63,960 nt of DNA, filler included, from Ionaspis alba (GCA_964255285.1; 5 parts of 5 records of this genome joined end to end with filler, not necessarily neighbours in it); one strand, 5' to 3'. Shown: positions 13,535-26,353, counted from the first letter of the whole stretch. Made by a program: numbers and translations. Notes: generated by a model from the sequence alone, not told the origin.

Positions 13535-13947
13535 GGCAAGAAAGTTGGGTTTGTCAGACGGTTATATGAGCTCTCCCTTGGGCGGCGAGGTCAATCTTGC
13601 GTGATCAAATAGTCTGGTACTTTCAAGTCGCCCTAGAGAGCAGTAGTGAATTACATGTCGGGCACAGAAGTACTCCGGTGTGCGTCAAGGCGTTACCCAA
13701 AAAATGAACCAATCGCCGCACTAAGCACTTCCCCTTCCAAAAGATGAGCAGAGGCGTTGCGAAGCCCACCTCATCTGAAGTTAGAGGTCGTCGCATACGT
13801 GACTGTATTACGATCAACCTGTTTACCAGGAAGGACTGCTAGTTGATTTCCTACTGCATTCGGTCAATTGGTTCTGTGTACCATGCTTAATGTCCTCGGG
13901 GTAATGTGACCAGGCACGGGACGCATTTTCTCAAAGACTGCAGAACC

Positions 13948-15225
13948 CTACAGCCCTTTGCCAAGAGCATCCTCGCAGCGTACTCCGATCTCCAGACACG
14001 AGCCAGCCACATCTACTACTCTTCCTGACCAGCTATCACACATCTTTAAGAGACGTAGATTTGGTAAAGATCCCTTCGATACTCGAATTTCGTAACACAA
14101 CCCTTTGATTACCTTGATCTTGGAGTGATTGTATAGTTGGATGGTCCGTGTCGATATAGGGAAAACATTAGCAAAGTCGGCGATGTCGTGCAGCTCCGGG
14201 TCAATCAAGAATCCCATGTCGAGGCCCACGGTCTTCAACGCCCGGAAGTTGCGAAGGGACTGAACGTAGTGATTTTCGAGAAAGGTTGTAGTGAGCACCA
14301 ACACTTTCAATGTGCCGCTAAAATACTCTCCGAGCGCTTGGCAGACCAGATGAGGGTAGAACTTGCCGCTCCCACAATATTCTGAACAATGTTCGAAGCT
14401 GAAGGCTGTCAGGAATGGCATGTTTTGAATAAGTAAGCGAATAGATGTCACTTTCAGTCCGAAGTTGCGGATGTCAAGGGTCTCAACATTCGAACAGACG
14501 TACTCATGTTGCCATGGTTCGTCGTCCGGCATCCCATCTTCGATGGTAAGATGGCGCAAAGAGGTTATACTTGCCCAAGAACAAATGACTGGGAGTGTTA
14601 GATCTGGGGTAGGCGCGTAGTCCTCGAACAAAGTTAACCTGTGAAGCCGTGTCAGAGGTACAGAACTAGCGGTGCCTCGGGTCTCCGTTCCGAGAATCGA
14701 GTTGATCATGGTCAGCGAGGATCGAGTGGCCATTTCGAGCGAAATCGACAGATATCTAAGGTTTGGAAGCATCGTGAGGAGGAATGCGAAGGCAACATCT
14801 TCATTGCCCAACATTATCTGGTCAGACCATTCGTCTACAGTGCTGACAAACGGCGAATCGGAGAGGAGCTGACGAAATCCAGCTGCGTCTTGGACAATTT
14901 TCTTATCCCAGTCTTGCTCCTCTCTGGCGTAATGTACATGCCAACGTTTGCTCAACCCGTACGTTTGAATCCTCTTGATATAGTAGGCGTTTTCAGGAGT
15001 CCGGCTTAGTGTATGAATAAGTTTGAAAAGCGTTCCGAGCGGCTTGTCAGAACCAAGCACTGGATCACCGAACTTTTTCTTCTTCTCTCGATGCTCATCC
15101 ATTCGATAGGCACTCGAAGCTCGGGTATGTTGGCAAGCTAGAGCGAAATTGTCAAGGTCAGATGGAGCCACTTGGTTCGCAATCTCCCGAAGCAGCTCGT
15201 TGGACAGCCCAAGCAATGATGCCAT
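13948..15225 (-). CDS. F-box protein with LRR-like C-terminal region, intronless
   Basis: MASLLGLSNELLREIANQVAPSDLDNFALAC F-box, followed by LxxLxxLxI repeats (LPNLRYLSI, SLRHLTI, VETLDI, LKVLVL, LPNLRLLKM). Confidence 0.75.
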   Translation of the reverse strand: MASLLGLSNELLREIANQVAPSDLDNFALACQHTRASSAYRMDEHREKKKKFGDPVLGSDKPLGTLFKLIHTLSRTPENAYYIKRIQTYGLSKRWHVHYAREEQDWDKKIVQDAAGFRQLLSDSPFVSTVDEWSDQIMLGNEDVAFAFLLTMLPNLRYLSISLEMATRSSLTMINSILGTETRGTASSVPLTRLHRLTLFEDYAPTPDLTLPVICSWASITSLRHLTIEDGMPDDEPWQHEYVCSNVETLDIRNFGLKVTSIRLLIQNMPFLTAFSFEHCSEYCGSGKFYPHLVCQALGEYFSGTLKVLVLTTTFLENHYVQSLRNFRALKTVGLDMGFLIDPELHDIADFANVFPISTRTIQLYNHSKIKVIKGLCYEIRVSKGSLPNLRLLKMCDSWSGRVVDVAGSCLEIGVRCEDALGKGL

Positions 15226-16124
15226 GGTTAGCTAGTCATTTATGTTAGCATAGAAGATCTTCGTAAGTATGATTAGAGCTTCAGTCACCGTCATGAACTT
15301 AAGAAGTTCATACACTTTTTGTCTTATCTATCGTCAAGGTGACACCGTGATTAAGCTGACACGAAGTGTTAAGGTGACGAATATGGAGATGGAGAGGCCA
15401 GGTTTGACATTTGTAGCTCTTGAGTGGATGGTGACAGCCTAAGAAGAATGCAAACGTCGCGTGTTTGCTAGCAAGTCACATCAGATGATCAGGGCGTCGA
15501 GCTAATGCGGTTGATTTCATATGTGGAAGAGAGTGAGCCGTGACTCAAGCGCCAATCTGGAATCTCAAAGAAACATCGATCCCAATTGGGTGAGCTCTCA
15601 CGCTCATCCAATGTGCTTGGGTGGAGTAAAGAGGCTCATGTTCAGGTCGATTGGATTACTCACGTATCATAAGGTGAACTTCTCAGGCTTGGACAAGATA
15701 AAAGACCGATAATACAATATCGCGATCCGACTAGGGGTTTGTTTGAGCTTTGACGAGTTGAGATATCAGTAGAGGAATGTTTTCTCACAGAATGTCGTGA
15801 ACCAGTGCCTGGTTAGCTTGATTGAAACATATAATGGTCTTCGATCTTCTAGCTCTATTTGGAGAGTCTCAAGAGCCCTGAAGGTGAAGTGAGAGCAGGC
15901 TTTCATTAGCCTCATATGCCAACAATGCTCCACTAACTTCTTTGCTATCCGGCCATTCCGAAGCACCAGGAAGGACAAGTTAACTACCATGAGTAAGTTA
16001 AGCCTGTCCAAGCTGCGGACAAGCACCCATAGTACACTTTCTATGCGTTAACATCATTCAGACATGTCAGATAGAAGAACTAATGCAACAACTCAGCGAT
16101 ATCAACTTTCAAGCTTCAGCCTCT

Positions 16125-17639
16125 TCAAAGCTTTGTGTCCTGCCTCGTCGAGTCACTCAGTCTCCTCCTAGGAAGCTCAACCACTGCTCCGACGCCACCT
16201 ACTCCAGTTGATGAGTTGGCCCCACCACCATTCAAAGCGGAAGGTCCAGCCTCCACCGAGCTCTGCGTCCTGAGCATTGCTGCTCGGTGCTGACTCTGCA
16301 GCTTCGAGCTCATCAGCCACTGCAGCTGAACTCTCAGATTCGTCAGTACAGCATTTGTATGTGCCATATCCTCTTTGTTGCGCAAGCTTTCGTTGATGAC
16401 TGTGGTGCTGGTCTTCGCGTCGAGCTCAGCAATGGCATTCGAGACTCGAGAGACCTCTTCGCGGAGGGATTCGTGAAGAGAGAGGAGATGAGCAGCCGTG
16501 GAGTCGAAGGGAGCTGGGTTTGAGGTAGGATTGGATGATATGACGGGGAGGGTAGACGGGTCGTTGGGACCGTTCAGGCCAAGGAATTCTTGCATGTTTG
16601 TCAAGGAGGCTTGGTAGATAGAATTCTTGCGTTGTAGCTGCTTAAGAGCGATAGCGTGCTCGTCCAAGCGGGTGTTCTGGGAGTCGAGGAAGGGGCCGAG
16701 CCTGCGGAGCGGACATGTCGATTGGTGCTGATCAAGCTCGGTCCGTTTTGCTGAGAAGTCGCACCCGTAACAAGAGGCGCTGCAAAGGAAGTTGGCGTCA
16801 GGGCACGCCTTTCTATGAGCCTCAAGTTGATGAAAGGGCAATTTCAATTTGCAGTCAGGACAGGTAGCTTTGCGGCTCTCACAAGCCTTGTCCCGATGCT
16901 CTTTGAGGTTGAGCTCCATCACATCGGAATGGCAATCCTCGCAAGCCACAACCCAGTGCAGACATCGGTTTCCACTAAGGTCCCCTCTAGGTAGCTTCAA
17001 TTTGCAATCTTCCGATGGACAATTGATTTCTTGGTAATCACAATACCGTTCGACGTGGCTCTGCACAGTTCCTCGTGACAAGATCTCTTCACACCCTTTC
17101 TCGTGCAATGGACACTTGACTAGCAACTCATCCAATATCCGTACCACGAGCTTAGGTACTCCTGCTATCTTACAATCGTCTGTCTTCCTGCGACACGTGG
17201 GACAATTCCGCAAGTCTCTGGATTGATGTAGTAATGCCTCGTTGACGCAGTCTCTGCAGAAGACATGGTCACAGACCAAGGCGACTGGATCCACGAAAGG
17301 GCAATGGCAGATGGCACACATGAGGTTCTGATCGAACGTACCAACATACTCCAAGTTCCTCAAGTCAACCTGGTTTACTGGTGCCCTGACCGTTGCCTGC
17401 TTCGCTCGTAATGGTCCGTCTCTGCTGTTGGAACGCTGAAAGCGATGTGGAGCATGTGGGAAAGGTCTCCTTGATGGGACAGAGGTGCTGCGGTAGGTAT
17501 CCATAACCGGTATGGAGAGGTGGAAGTAATCCTCCGGGGAATGCTCTTCAACCAATGCCTCACGTTCGTCTGGGCTTCTGGAGTATATCTCGTCTGGTGT
17601 AAGGGCGTCATCCTCTGCTCTTCGCCATCGATCTGCCAT
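16125..17639 (-). CDS. RING finger and TRAF-type zinc-finger protein with C-terminal coiled coil
   Basis: RING CAICHCPF..CDHVFCRDC..CPTCR, then LLVKCPLHEKGCEE..HVERYC and repeated C-x2/4-C..H..C TRAF-type fingers. First ATG at 17639 (MADRWRR). Confidence 0.82.
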   Translation of the reverse strand: MADRWRRAEDDALTPDEIYSRSPDEREALVEEHSPEDYFHLSIPVMDTYRSTSVPSRRPFPHAPHRFQRSNSRDGPLRAKQATVRAPVNQVDLRNLEYVGTFDQNLMCAICHCPFVDPVALVCDHVFCRDCVNEALLHQSRDLRNCPTCRRKTDDCKIAGVPKLVVRILDELLVKCPLHEKGCEEILSRGTVQSHVERYCDYQEINCPSEDCKLKLPRGDLSGNRCLHWVVACEDCHSDVMELNLKEHRDKACESRKATCPDCKLKLPFHQLEAHRKACPDANFLCSASCYGCDFSAKRTELDQHQSTCPLRRLGPFLDSQNTRLDEHAIALKQLQRKNSIYQASLTNMQEFLGLNGPNDPSTLPVISSNPTSNPAPFDSTAAHLLSLHESLREEVSRVSNAIAELDAKTSTTVINESLRNKEDMAHTNAVLTNLRVQLQWLMSSKLQSQHRAAMLRTQSSVEAGPSALNGGGANSSTGVGGVGAVVELPRRRLSDSTRQDTKL

Positions 17640-18035
17640 TACCCTAGGCCTCAAATATATGTCATGAGAAGTCAAGTATAGTGGAGGTTGCTTCGAAGGA
17701 ACACACAAGCCGAACGTGGGGGAACGATAATAGTAAATCGGTCTTCCCGCCTCGGATTGGTGTAACGCAATTCACTTGTGGGGCCGCACATGCGGCGCGA
17801 TTTTGCTTACAGCCCGCTGCAGCATATCAGACCGAGTGTCACATCCAGCGGCACGACTATCAGAGGTACATCAGATCTTAACTCTGCCACATCGCATGAA
17901 GAGATGAATTAAATCTTCGTCTTTGTATCTCACCGTCTTTATTACGTTGTAATCATAAACTTCTAACCGTCATCCTGACGATCCGCTGCCTAACATCGAC
18001 CTCACACGAACTGGGCTCATAATCCACTGTCCTAC

Positions 18036-18909
18036 ATGGCCAATCCAACGCAGCTCTTTCTCCTCGCCGATCACATCAAGCTTTCTCTTCTCGAGCGCCA
18101 GAGAGCCATTTCCCTCAACCTCGAACCCAATTCCCAGGATGGCAATATCTCCCGTTCACTGGAGTCAATGCGCGAAGGCATCGAAGCCATAGAACAGCAA
18201 ATCACCCGAGCAGAAGAAAGAGGAGAAGCGTGAGCCTTCACATACTAAGTCTCGCAATTCCCCTTAATTAACCCACCTTGCTAGCAATCTATCCACCCTC
18301 CAAGACCAACTTCCTCAACTCCGCTCTCAATACACCGACCTAGAAACCCAGTTCCGTGGCTTTTCCACCACCAGCCCCACCAGTATTTCTCAACCCAACG
18401 ATCCAGCCCTGAAGCCCGACTTTGACGCCGCTCAAGAGCCCCGCTCTCGTAATCCATCCTCTTCCCACAACAAATCCTCCGCAGCCTCGAAAACCGTCCG
18501 CTTTACCGATACTCCCCCCGACGTCGAAGAGACAGCCGCTCGCGCAGCACTCTTCCCATACCGCGATGACCCTGCCTCGGACGGAGCTCCAGATCAGTCA
18601 AACCTCGACAATGTGCAGATTCACGAGTATCATAAATCGGTGTTGCGGGATCAGGACGAGCATCTAGATCGGCTTGGGGAGAGCATTGGTCGGCAAAGGG
18701 ATTTGAGTATCCAGATCGGAGATGAATTGGACGAGCATGTCATGATGCTTGATGACGTCGAGGACCATGTGGATAGACATCAAGGCAGACTAGATGGGGC
18801 AAGGAGGAGCTTGGGGAAGGTTGCGAGGAAGGCGAATGATAACAAGCAGTTGACCGCGATTTTTATACTGATTATTGTTCTGGTGCTATTGATTGTTATA
18901 TTAAAGTAG
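18036..18909 (+). CDS. SYN8: Qc-SNARE, Syn8/syntaxin-8-like; 2 exons
   Basis: N-terminus MANPTQLFLLADHIKLSLLERQR, SNARE motif DQDEHLDRLGESIGRQRDLSIQIGDELDEH, C-terminal TM IFILIIVLVLLIVILK. One GT-AG intron near 18229-18284. Confidence 0.8.
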
Positions 18910-19283
18910 AGCCTTGGGTTGGGCACAGGCAGGGGACTGGGGCAATTGGCGTTTCGCGACTGATTTATGGGTTTGGTGCATCTGGGAGGGCGTGGTTTGG
19001 GACATGAGTGAAGCCTTCTATACGGTGGGGATATAAGAGACCAGTATACAGAACAGCCATCTTGTCATAGTGCACGTATAGCCACAGGTGCACTCACGAG
19101 AAACACAGCTATGCGCTCTGCAAGTTCAATGCCTTAAATGTACAGAAATACAATATATCGGTAGCGCTCTGCATAGCACTTTCCAGTGTCTCGTTGAGGT
19201 TTCGACGTCCTCACGTTCGGTTGCGCTTCTCCAGCTCATCCTCTCCGCCGTCTCGTCCCGCACATCCCGCACCCCACCTCTAC

Positions 19284-19896
19284 CTACTTCTTGCCCTTCT
19301 GCTTCTCGGCGAAATCCGAGGTCTCCTTCTGTAACTTCGAGATTTCCGCTTCCGAAGCATCGATTTCCCCTCGGTCCGCTTTCAGCTGCAGAAACCATTT
19401 TATCAGCAAACCTTCTTCCCAAATATTCACTTCCAGGTGATTTTCTGTCTCCTTCGTGCTCTCATTACATTTCTCTCAGGTACGCTACCATTTGCCTGTG
19501 TGTAACGAGGGGGTGAATAATCCGTCAACGTACCGCTGCTTCGCTTTGACTGGCTAGCTCGCCTTTCCAGTGTCCCTGTCCTTTCTTCTGCTTCTCCAAT
19601 TGATCGTTCTTGTGTTCGTCGATCTCGCTAGCTACATCATCGCGATCTATTTGGTAGAAGCCAAGCCTGTTAGCCTTTGAATCTCCTGGCACTGTGCCAT
19701 TCCCAATCTAGGGTTTGGCTTTGAATGAATATAGAAAGGCGTAAAAGAAGCGGAACACACGCTTACTGCGGTCTGTCTCGTTGAGGGCGCGGCGAGCAAC
19801 GCTGAAGTGGAACGAGCGGGAAGCGGGGACCGTTGGTGAGCGGATGGATGCTCGCGAAACAGGTGTTCGGAAGGCTGATCTGTAGAGGAAGGACAT
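19284..19896 (-). CDS. Small (about 114 aa) conserved fungal protein with a mitochondrial-presequence-like N-terminus; 3 exons
   Basis: Exons 19896-19767, 19646-19534 and 19385-19284 splice in frame via GT-AG: MSFLYRSAFRTPVSRASIRSP..NRDDVASEIDEHKNDQLEKQKKGQGHWKGELASQSEAA|LKADRGEIDASEAEISKLQKET..KK*. Confidence 0.75.
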
Positions 19897-20250
19897 GATT
19901 GAGAAAAATTGGACAGAGGTCGAAGGAAATGGGCCCTAAGGACAACTGCTAGAGGACTAGATGTTGTGGTTGAGATGGAGCGGGTTTCGGAAAAGGCCCG
20001 TTTGGCCGACGTCATGGTTCGAGGGTTTTAATCGAGCCGAGGGTGCTCTGTAGAGCCAAGACTCCAGAGAAATCTTCGATAAACATCCGACGTTTGCTTA
20101 GCGCAACAGGTTAAGAGTCAAGATAGTATTGTTTTATAGCTTAAACATTCGTACTATCATATTTGAGGTTGAATGATCCGCCACAGAATTTCGAAGTTAT
20201 TAAACAGGTCAAACAGGCCCTATACCAGCGGAATCAATACCATGAAATGC

Positions 20251-23200
20251 CTAGGCATCTCTCATTTCATCTACCCTCTTTTTCATTTGGTAGGAATCAT
20301 ACAGTTCCCTGAACTTCGACCGCCTATTTAGCAACTGTACCGGACTACCATACTCCATGACAGCACCACCGTCTAGCACCAAAATACGGTCGAAATCCGA
20401 GATGGTATCTAGGCGATGCGCAATGGCAATGATAGTACAATCCTTGAACTCATCGCGGATGACTCGTTGCATCAGCTCGTCTGTCTTTCTATCAACACTA
20501 AGAATGGCATGGGTGATTAGCATCAATTCCAGATTTTGAGCCAAGAAGACAGGAGCAATTGCGTATGAGTGGTCCCGTACCTGCTCGTCACCTCATCCAG
20601 CACGATAATCTTGCCTGGCCTCAAAATTGCTCTAGCAAGACTAAACAGCTGCCTTTGTCCATGACTGAGCATATCAATATCCATGTCTACGTCGAGTCCT
20701 CCTTTTACCTCGATCACTGTCCAGAGTTGTACCTTTTCCAATGCTTTGATTAACGCTTCGTCGGCGGCGGTTTCATATGGATCGAGGTTCAATCGCACCG
20801 TCCCGGCAATAAAAAACGGATCTTGTCCAATGGCATTGAGACGGGACCGGATGTGATGGCGGGGAAGCGTCGAGATGTCGAGGCCGTCTATGGTGATTGT
20901 GCCAGAGCTGAGTTCCAGCATACGATAAAGAGCTAGGATCAAGGAACTCTTCCCGCTGTGGGATGGAGGTTAGTCGAAGGGAAAAAGCTGGAGCGACTGC
21001 CAACATGCCTTCCAGTTCGACCGCAGATACCGATCTTCTGACCTGCTTCAATTGTGATAGAGATGCTTTTCAATGCCTTAGATTCGGACTCGGTACTGGC
21101 GCGGCGTGGTGAGAACGTTGTACAATAGTAGCTGCTGATCAGAAGATAGCCTGTGAGCTTACCTATAAGCAGCCGACACGCCTTCAATCTCTATTCGTCC
21201 TCTCCTTGGCCAATCTTCAGGTGGTTCCTCTCTCTCGTTTGGCCGGTTCTCGTTGTCTATCTCCATACTGAACTGTTTGATCCTCGCGACAGCTCCTATA
21301 GAAGTCTCCAATTGCGTCCAAAACATGATCATCAACTTTAAGTACTCTGTGAATGAAATGATCTGAGTAAGAGCAACACCCGTAAAGCCTATCGATATAC
21401 TGTCACGCATCTTGACAGCACATCCAACCACAAGGACAGCCAGCGCCATTGTTACGAGATCAAGCACAAGAGTGAGCCACCGCTGGACCATGAATAGTAG
21501 ATAGAATGGCTTCTGAGAACGATCGACAAGCTGGTGGTTGAGCTCGACAGAGTCTTTTTGCCACCGAAAGGCTCTGATTGTCGCAAGGCCGGAAAGCGAC
21601 TCGAGAAATTGAGTGTATAAAGGTGCTTTCTCCTCTAGATCCATGAACCTAAGCTGTCTGGAGGTTCTCAGATAATATTTCTGGAGGAAGTAGTAGGCCG
21701 CTATGAGAGCTGGAAAAGACAAAGCTACATAAAATGTGGCGGAGGCTATCAGTATGGCTTGTGCAATGCAGATGAACAGATCTGATAGGAGCTCCGATCA
21801 GCGTGTGCCCCTTGCCGTACAAGACATTCATACATGCTCCAACACACAAGAGTGCAAGAGGTAGTTGACCATCAATAAGCTGGATATCTTGACTGAATCT
21901 AGGAGTAATTACTCAGCGATGGGCTGAGGCATCGACAGGACATGAATTCAGACCTTGTTGTGATAGATCCAGTGTCTGTAGAACTAAAGAATGCCATCGG
22001 TGCTCTGATTTCTCCATTAGCCCTAATCTTTGTAAGCTGTAGGCTGAACTCACGACATGACGGTCTTGAGTATGATCTCATGTAATCGTACTCCAGATTT
22101 CATTACCATGATATTGAAGCAAAACCTGTGCCACCAAAGCGTAAGCATCCATTTGCAAAATCAATATTACAAGCCTAGTAGACTTTGCATACCAAACCAG
22201 AGCCGCAGACGAGCATAGACCAGTCACTTGCAGGGCAGTATAAACTCCGAGGTACAATCCATTCTGTTCATTCGGATGGCTAGTGTTTGCATCTGCCCAA
22301 TACTTCAACCAGACAGCTGTGTCAAGTCAGCCATGCTAATACTTATCAATTGAGTCCTTACATACTTGGAAAGGAAAAGAAGAACGCCCAGAGTATCTCC
22401 AGCACGAAGAAGACAGAAGTGTATTGCCATCCAAGGGTTTGAAAATAGTAGTGATAGACAGACCAATCGCCAATCTGTCGTCCCTTACCGCCCGAGGTGC
22501 CAGATTTCGTATCTGACTGCTTATTCCTACGCATGTATCCAGCATCCACCTTACCTGTTAAGGCTCCAGTGGCTCCTGCATCGACGATATCATCCGCGTG
22601 CTTCAAATAGAAGCTATGGACATAGCCATTTGCGTCATTCAACTTTTCAAATGTACCCTGCTCTGATATCATTCCATTACTTCCCAGTGCAACAATGTAG
22701 TCGGCTGATGGTAAAAGATTTACTGGATGGATCAGAGTGATTGACCACAGATGAAACTGTGAAGCACCTACCGGCATGGGTAGCAACTACAACAGTGGTA
22801 CCCCATCTGCGGAGAAGTCCCTGACGTCCGTAGACACCGTCAAAGACAGCTGCTTCTGTCTTGACGTCCAATCCGCTAAAGACATCGTCAAATATCGCGA
22901 TATCCGGCTTTGAATATATCGCCCTGGCAATCGCCTATTAATCCCTAATCAGTAATATCCTAGGGTTTGTTCGGGAGCTCATTCTCTCACAAGCCTCGCC
23001 TTTTGCCCGCCACTCAAAGTGATGCCTTTGCTCCCTACCATAGACTGATCTCCATCAGGAAATGACGCAATGTCATCGGCCAGATTACACGCTATTGAGG
23101 TCCACATCAGCTCTTTGGACATGCATGAAGGCGCGATTCCACTTGCCATGAATGACTGAGTCATAAAGATCAGAATCGAAACGGGCAAAGCCAATAATGT

Positions 23201-25778
23201 TTCTCCGCACAGAGGCATTCTAGAGAGAAGTTTAGCGGATTGAACTGGTCCATTGAGTGGCTTCACCCACAATGAGCCAAGGAGTTTGCTCAGACCACGC
23301 GAGTCTGCTTGTCGATAGATGGACAAAGCCTTTGGAATTGGGTGTCTCGCCAAGCAGTGCCATTAAAAGCGTGGACTTCCCTGATCCAACTGGGCCAATC
23401 AGCAGTATCAATTGCCCTCGTTGGATACTAAGATTGATATCCCGCAAGATCGGTTCACCTTCTCTAGTCCATCCAAAGCAGCCGTCACGCACACCTATGA
23501 TCTCCGAAACTGCTGATAGCCTGTTTGCAGAAGTCGACGGCGTTGTCCTTAGATTAACGAGTTCAATGTCATCCTCATTCCCCGCTGCTGGTCGAGCTCC
23601 ACCATAAGAGTTTAAGGACTCAGAGGACATCCTAGTCATTAGCCTATGGTCGGTTCTAGAATCGGCCAAGAGAAATTGCTCGATTCTGTCGAAACAGCCC
23701 AAGGAAGACATAAGATCCATAAGGCCTGCGAACACGTAGAATAGGGGCTGCAATAGGAGTAGAAGCAATGACAGGGAGGTGAAAAGCCTGGTTGCATCAA
23801 GCGTTGTATTGGTCCTTGCGGCAACAATGGTAAAGAAGGCAAATGTGACGACCGGAGATAGCATGAGCGGTACATAGGCTGGAGCAGCAAATGTCAGTCG
23901 AAACAATCCAGAACTGCGATAAGACACTTGTTCAAAGCACATGAGCAGTGCGTTATCCCATCCATCACATACCTAACGTCGACGTATAGACCCCTAGTCG
24001 TCTGTAAGCTTTGGCAGATTTGATCTCCTCAATCCGGAGATTGCCAATAAGGTTCAAAAGCTTCTGCGTCAAACCCGCCATCTTAATGCTTTTCATATAT
24101 CCTAGCATCGTAGAGGTGATGCCTGTAGGAAGGTCAGTATAGCAATTTATTGCAAGCGCGACAAGTCGAGGTTGTGCCATTGCTGTAGCGGAGGCGCGAC
24201 GTACCGACTCGTTTCTCTATCTTCTTGACCCACACCAATTGACGTTCCTTAGTCAAAGAGGACAGCCACATCATCAGGCCTGTGGATGCTTCATCCAGAA
24301 CACATTATCAGCAAGCGCTCAAAGACTACGAAAAGCAAATGAATCACACCTGCTGCAACTAGAACAGGAGCAACACAAGCTGCTCCTATCTCCCTCTCCA
24401 GCAACCAGGTGCCCAAAGCAATTTGAACGACATTAGCCCAAAGCTCATGCACCTCCCGCAATCCGCGAACGACTCTTTCCACATCCGTACTCATAAGTGT
24501 CACAGCCTTAGAATTATCGAGTGCTGTGATGCTGATATCAAGGGTCTTGCCAAAAACAGCTGTCACGAGAGTGCCTCGAAGCATTGTAATGCACCTGTAG
24601 GTGCGGTGCCAGTAAAAGCCAGAGGATATCTGTGCCACGTCAATTGCGGGGGGTGGGGAAGGGGCATTTAGGGAGAGTGTGTGCTTACTGCCATTCCAAA
24701 ATAGACAAGACCATAAGCTCCAATCAAGCCGTATCCGATGTTGGCATCCTGGCTATGACTGGAGTCTTGCAAGTAGTTCAAGAACCTATTCACAAGAAGT
24801 GGCTGGCAAAATGTGAACGCGATCAAGACCAATCGTGGAAGTATGGGCATTAAGATCGGCCATTTCAGCATACTGATGAGAACGAGTACGAGTTGGTGCT
24901 TTCCTTGTCGAGAGGCTGCGGAGAGAAGCTTATTGGCAATCTCGTCCTATAGCCAAAGGATGATAGACTCACAACTGTTCCACGCCTTCCAAAATCTAGC
25001 TCCCAATTCCTCCGACGACAACTCCTTGTCGATCGGATAGAGATCATCGACAATCAAGATCTGGCGAAATCCCTTCCTGATGACTGAATTAAGCCACCAA
25101 AACAAACTCTGACTGAACAAACCACTAGTTTCCTCCGGGCCCCGTTGTCTGTCTGTCTCATTGAGATAGATCCTCTTCTCTCTAGCTTCAAGCAGCAGAA
25201 TAACAACTTTCAGGGCGAACGATGTAGTAAAGACGACTCGGATAATGGAATTGTAGGGCATCAACCATAGTGTCCTTAGTCTAACAGCATCAAACAGACT
25301 GGAAGCAAGAAGGTATGTATTTAACAGCACAGAGGGACGCAGCGACCTCGAATGCTCTTTGTATGATAGTAAGCAGAAGACAACGCTGTCTACAAATGAA
25401 AAAGCTGCAGCAACTATGGAGGCGTCCCTCAATGCCTGGGAATCCGTGGCCCATAAGACAAGGAGAGTCAACTGCACAATGGCAAAGACCGCAATAGTCC
25501 CCTGCCAATACTCTTATCAGCATCGACGATCTTCTATTCCACACGCACTAACTGACCAGCTTGACAATGCGGAAACCATTGCCGCCAACCCTCCTCCGCT
25601 TCCCTCTCAAAGAGAGCAGTCGGAGGGGTGCAAGCAAAAGCAAGATCACAGAAGGAGCAATGGCAAAGAAGTACTGCTCAAACGCGAAGGTGAAGTCAAA
25701 ACCGTCACGACATCCCTCGACCACAGGCCCGAAGGCGCTGTCCGCGGACGCCAGACAAAGTACCGTAGAGTCGTTCAT
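20251..25778 (-). CDS. Full-size ABC transporter, ABCC/MRP type; about 19 exons
   Basis: N-terminus [26 protein letters not shown]1 has GPVGSGKS and [11 protein letters not shown]2 has [23 protein letters not shown] and IAHRL. About 18 introns traced manually, all restoring frame. Confidence 0.93.
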
Positions 25779-26223
25779 AGTAATGGCATTCTCGATATTA
25801 AACAGTGGGCCTGTAGATCTCCTATCGTTGAGTAGAAGAGGTGTTTACAAGGCGCGTGGGGATGTTGAGGTCGTCCTCTAGATACCGCGACTGAATAACC
25901 ACCTGCCCGATCGGGGCGTCCTCGCAAGAGAACTCGGAAACTCGTCAATCCTCGAGCTATAAATTTCTGCAACATGTGATGGTCAGTCTGGTCATACCGA
26001 CTCCCCTTGGAAGAAGGAGAGTCGTGCATCCGCAGGCCTCGAACTAGTCACACTGACGCAGGGTAGGGTACTCATAATCCACTTTCCCAATCCCTAATAT
26101 AAGAGCAACCCGTACCCTCCCAGGCCCACCATTATTGTTTCCCAGTCCGAATACCCAAACATTCTGTACAGATACCTCTCCACTTCGGCGAATTCGTCCA
26201 AGCATCCAAACCCTTCCACAATA

Positions 26224-26353
26224 ATGCCCACCCTCCTGACCCTTCCCACCGAACTCCGCACCCTCATCTACACCCACCTCCTAACGCCCCACGCTCCCAC
26301 CTACCTACACCCAGCCAACCTCGCCCTCCCCGCCTCTCTCCGCCAAACCTGCC
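26224..26353 (+). CDS. F-box-like protein, N-terminal fragment (truncated by scaffold end)
   Basis: MPTLLTLPTELRTLIYTHLL is an F-box-like LxxLPxELxxxIY motif; ends at the linker. Confidence 0.55.

Noticed and set aside
15300..16050. Possible decayed third F-box gene between the F-box and RING-TRAF genes
   Set aside because: Only short ORFs with no convincing motif in the frames I checked; would need tBLASTn.
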